64,000 nucleotides of DNA from Thermoplasmatota archaeon (GTDB lineage: Archaea > Thermoplasmatota > JAKEGO01). Within the stretch, counting starts at the first letter, position 1. Every line of letters starts with the position of its first letter. A program made the translations under genes and the position numbers. Positions 62,458 through 64,000 of the stretch are shown in pieces. The notes beneath the pieces are model-generated. The model was not told where the DNA came from and did not search any database. It was given only the letters and a program-made list of their open reading frames with translations. The stretch covers positions 96,001-160,000 of the forward strand of contig JANQNK010000020.1 of the NCBI GenBank assembly GCA_028279595.1, written 5' to 3'.

Positions 62458-64000
62458 TTATTTCTTTCTCCTCATCAACACCAGCATGATGAGGACGACC
62501 ACGATCACCAGAACAGTGACGACGGTCATGACCAGGAGGTATTCCCCATACCCTTCTTCCTTCGGAGCCCCTCCTTTCATCCTGGTAGTGATGGGGAATT
62601 CGTCCAGAGCGCTCGCATTCCCGGGAATGGAATAAGGTTCGTCACCTATCCCATCGTTGTTCGTGTCCTTTCCCTTGTAGTTCGACCAGTTGTTACCGAT
62701 CCCATCTCGATGCCATGAGTTGTTGAGGCCGTCGTCGTATCCGTTGACCCCATTCTTGATGAACGTGTTGTTCGTGACCTTGTTCAACCAGGAGCCGTTC
62801 GTCAGGTACACACCTTTGAAGGTATTGTTGGCGATCGTGTTTCCCGAGATCGTGTTCGAATACAGGTTGTCCACCGCTATTCCGTGACCGTTATCGACGA
62901 TCTCATTCCCGGTGATCGATGTATAACCGTTAATATTGACGTAGGTCTCCATCCTCTCGAGGGTCATCCCATGGATGTTGGACACGATATCGTTCGATTC
63001 CACGGCGACCTTGTAGGTCGTGGACAGGTGAATACCGACCGATGCCGAAGTGATATAGTTCTCCCTGATCTCGACGAGGTGGGAATAGAAACCGAGGATC
63101 CCCTTCCCATATCCTGATATGGTGTTGTCAACGATCACATCACCGTAACCATAGAACGAATAGATGCCGATCCCGCCAGAATTGATCAGTGTATTGCCAA
63201 TAACGGTACAATCGCCAGTGTACCCTAGACTGATGCCAGTCCAAGCGGAATCGATATCCAACCCGGTTACGGTCACATTCCGGCATCCTGCGAGGATCAC
63301 CTGTGAGCTGTCGACAGGTACCGATGCGTTATCGATATCCACCCAGTACGTGATCGGACTCCCGTCGAGCGTGTTGTTGATGATGGTGTGATATTTCCAG
63401 AATACATGACCGTCTCCGTCGATCGTGATCCCACCCGAGTCAAAGGTATTGTCCGTCAGGATGCACTCGCGGCTCATCAGATAGATGCCGGATACGGAGA
63501 AGAACGAGTTGTTCGTGACGGTGTTGGAATCACCGTCATAGTCCATTATCGCATGGAATTCCCCGTCGAACGAACATCCGAAGATCGCGTTATGCTCCGA
63601 GGCGTACATCTCGATCCCATACGTCGTCAGGAAGTCCGAACCAAGGACCGCAGAGTACGTCATGGCATCGGCCTTGATGCCATACATCCCCTGGCTCAGG
63701 GTCGAGTTCGAGATCAGAACGTTGGTCGATGAATCGATCGTGACGAGCTCGTAACCATTGTTGAAATAACAGTCGTCCATCGTCACGTCGGTCGTGTTCA
63801 CGATCGCGACGTTCGAGTGACCGGAGAAGTACATCTGGTGCTGGACGTTCATGCTTGAGATGTTGCAGTTGGCGGCTGTGATCGTCAAACCGACGTCGCT
63901 AGTGGCGAAGATCCCCGAGTCCTGGGTGCCGTTCCCGATGAGATCCAACGTCTTGTTCAGGACGACATGCTCGTGGTAGATGCCCTGGTAGATCCTTATG
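62458..64000 (-). CDS. NosD/CASH beta-helix protein with C-terminal TM (5' end outside window)
   Basis: Open frame to the window edge (IRIYQGIYHEHVVLNKTLDLIGNG), Asn ladders, GNNWS..DGIGD, TM-RRKK. Confidence 0.85.
   Translation of the reverse strand, partial: IRIYQGIYHEHVVLNKTLDLIGNGTQDSGIFATSDVGLTITAANCNISSMNVQHQMYFSGHSNVAIVNTTDVTMDDCYFNNGYELVTIDSSTNVLISNSTLSQGMYGIKADAMTYSAVLGSDFLTTYGIEMYASEHNAIFGCSFDGEFHAIMDYDGDSNTVTNNSFFSVSGIYLMSRECILTDNTFDSGGITIDGDGHVFWKYHTIINNTLDGSPITYWVDIDNASVPVDSSQVILAGCRNVTVTGLDIDSAWTGISLGYTGDCTVIGNTLINSGGIGIYSFYGYGDVIVDNTISGYGKGILGFYSHLVEIRENYITSASVGIHLSTTYKVAVESNDIVSNIHGMTLERMETYVNINGYTSITGNEIVDNGHGIAVDNLYSNTISGNTIANNTFKGVYLTNGSWLNKVTNNTFIKNGVNGYDDGLNNSWHRDGIGNNWSNYKGKDTNNDGIGDEPYSIPGNASALDEFPITTRMKGGAPKEEGYGEYLLVMTVVTVLVIVVVLIMLVLMRRKK

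Noticed and set aside
1-64000. Many long antisense or overlapping ORFs (e.g. 2378-3433, 3597-4676, 11554-12786, 51500-52930)
   Set aside because: Expected shadows of GC3-rich coding genes; no protein motifs

Overview
A GC-rich (about 60%, by eye), gene-dense chromosomal segment, most consistent with a Thermoplasmatota-like archaeon. This rests on TATA/BRE-like promoters, a PAC2 proteasome chaperone, TrmB/HTH_10/Lrp regulators, PEF-CTERM surface proteins and NosD/CASH beta-helix proteins. It encodes carAB, a dispersed set of peptidases plus a POT-type peptide transporter, metF and two cysK paralogues, a DsrH-DsrE-DsrF-TusA-DsrE2-HTH-carbonic anhydrase sulfur-relay operon, a solo Fe-S PD-(D/E)XK nuclease, many small GNAT/methyltransferase/SRPBCC/GyrI genes, a LolD/FtsX-type ABC exporter and a roughly 16 kb surface-protein island. 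I saw no rRNA, tRNA, CRISPR array, transposase or integrase. The most notable unexplained signals are: (1) a 37-bp intergenic hairpin element in three copies with fixed flanks and a compensatorily co-varying stem; (2) a secreted protein made of four 75-aa all-beta repeats that shares its N-terminus with neighbouring PEF-CTERM beta-helix proteins; (3) the Dsr/TusA operon coupled to a Cys-rich regulator and a beta-carbonic anhydrase; (4) a structured leader before carAB; (5) two small ORFs missed by the ORF track. All product calls come from motif recognition by eye, with no database searches.
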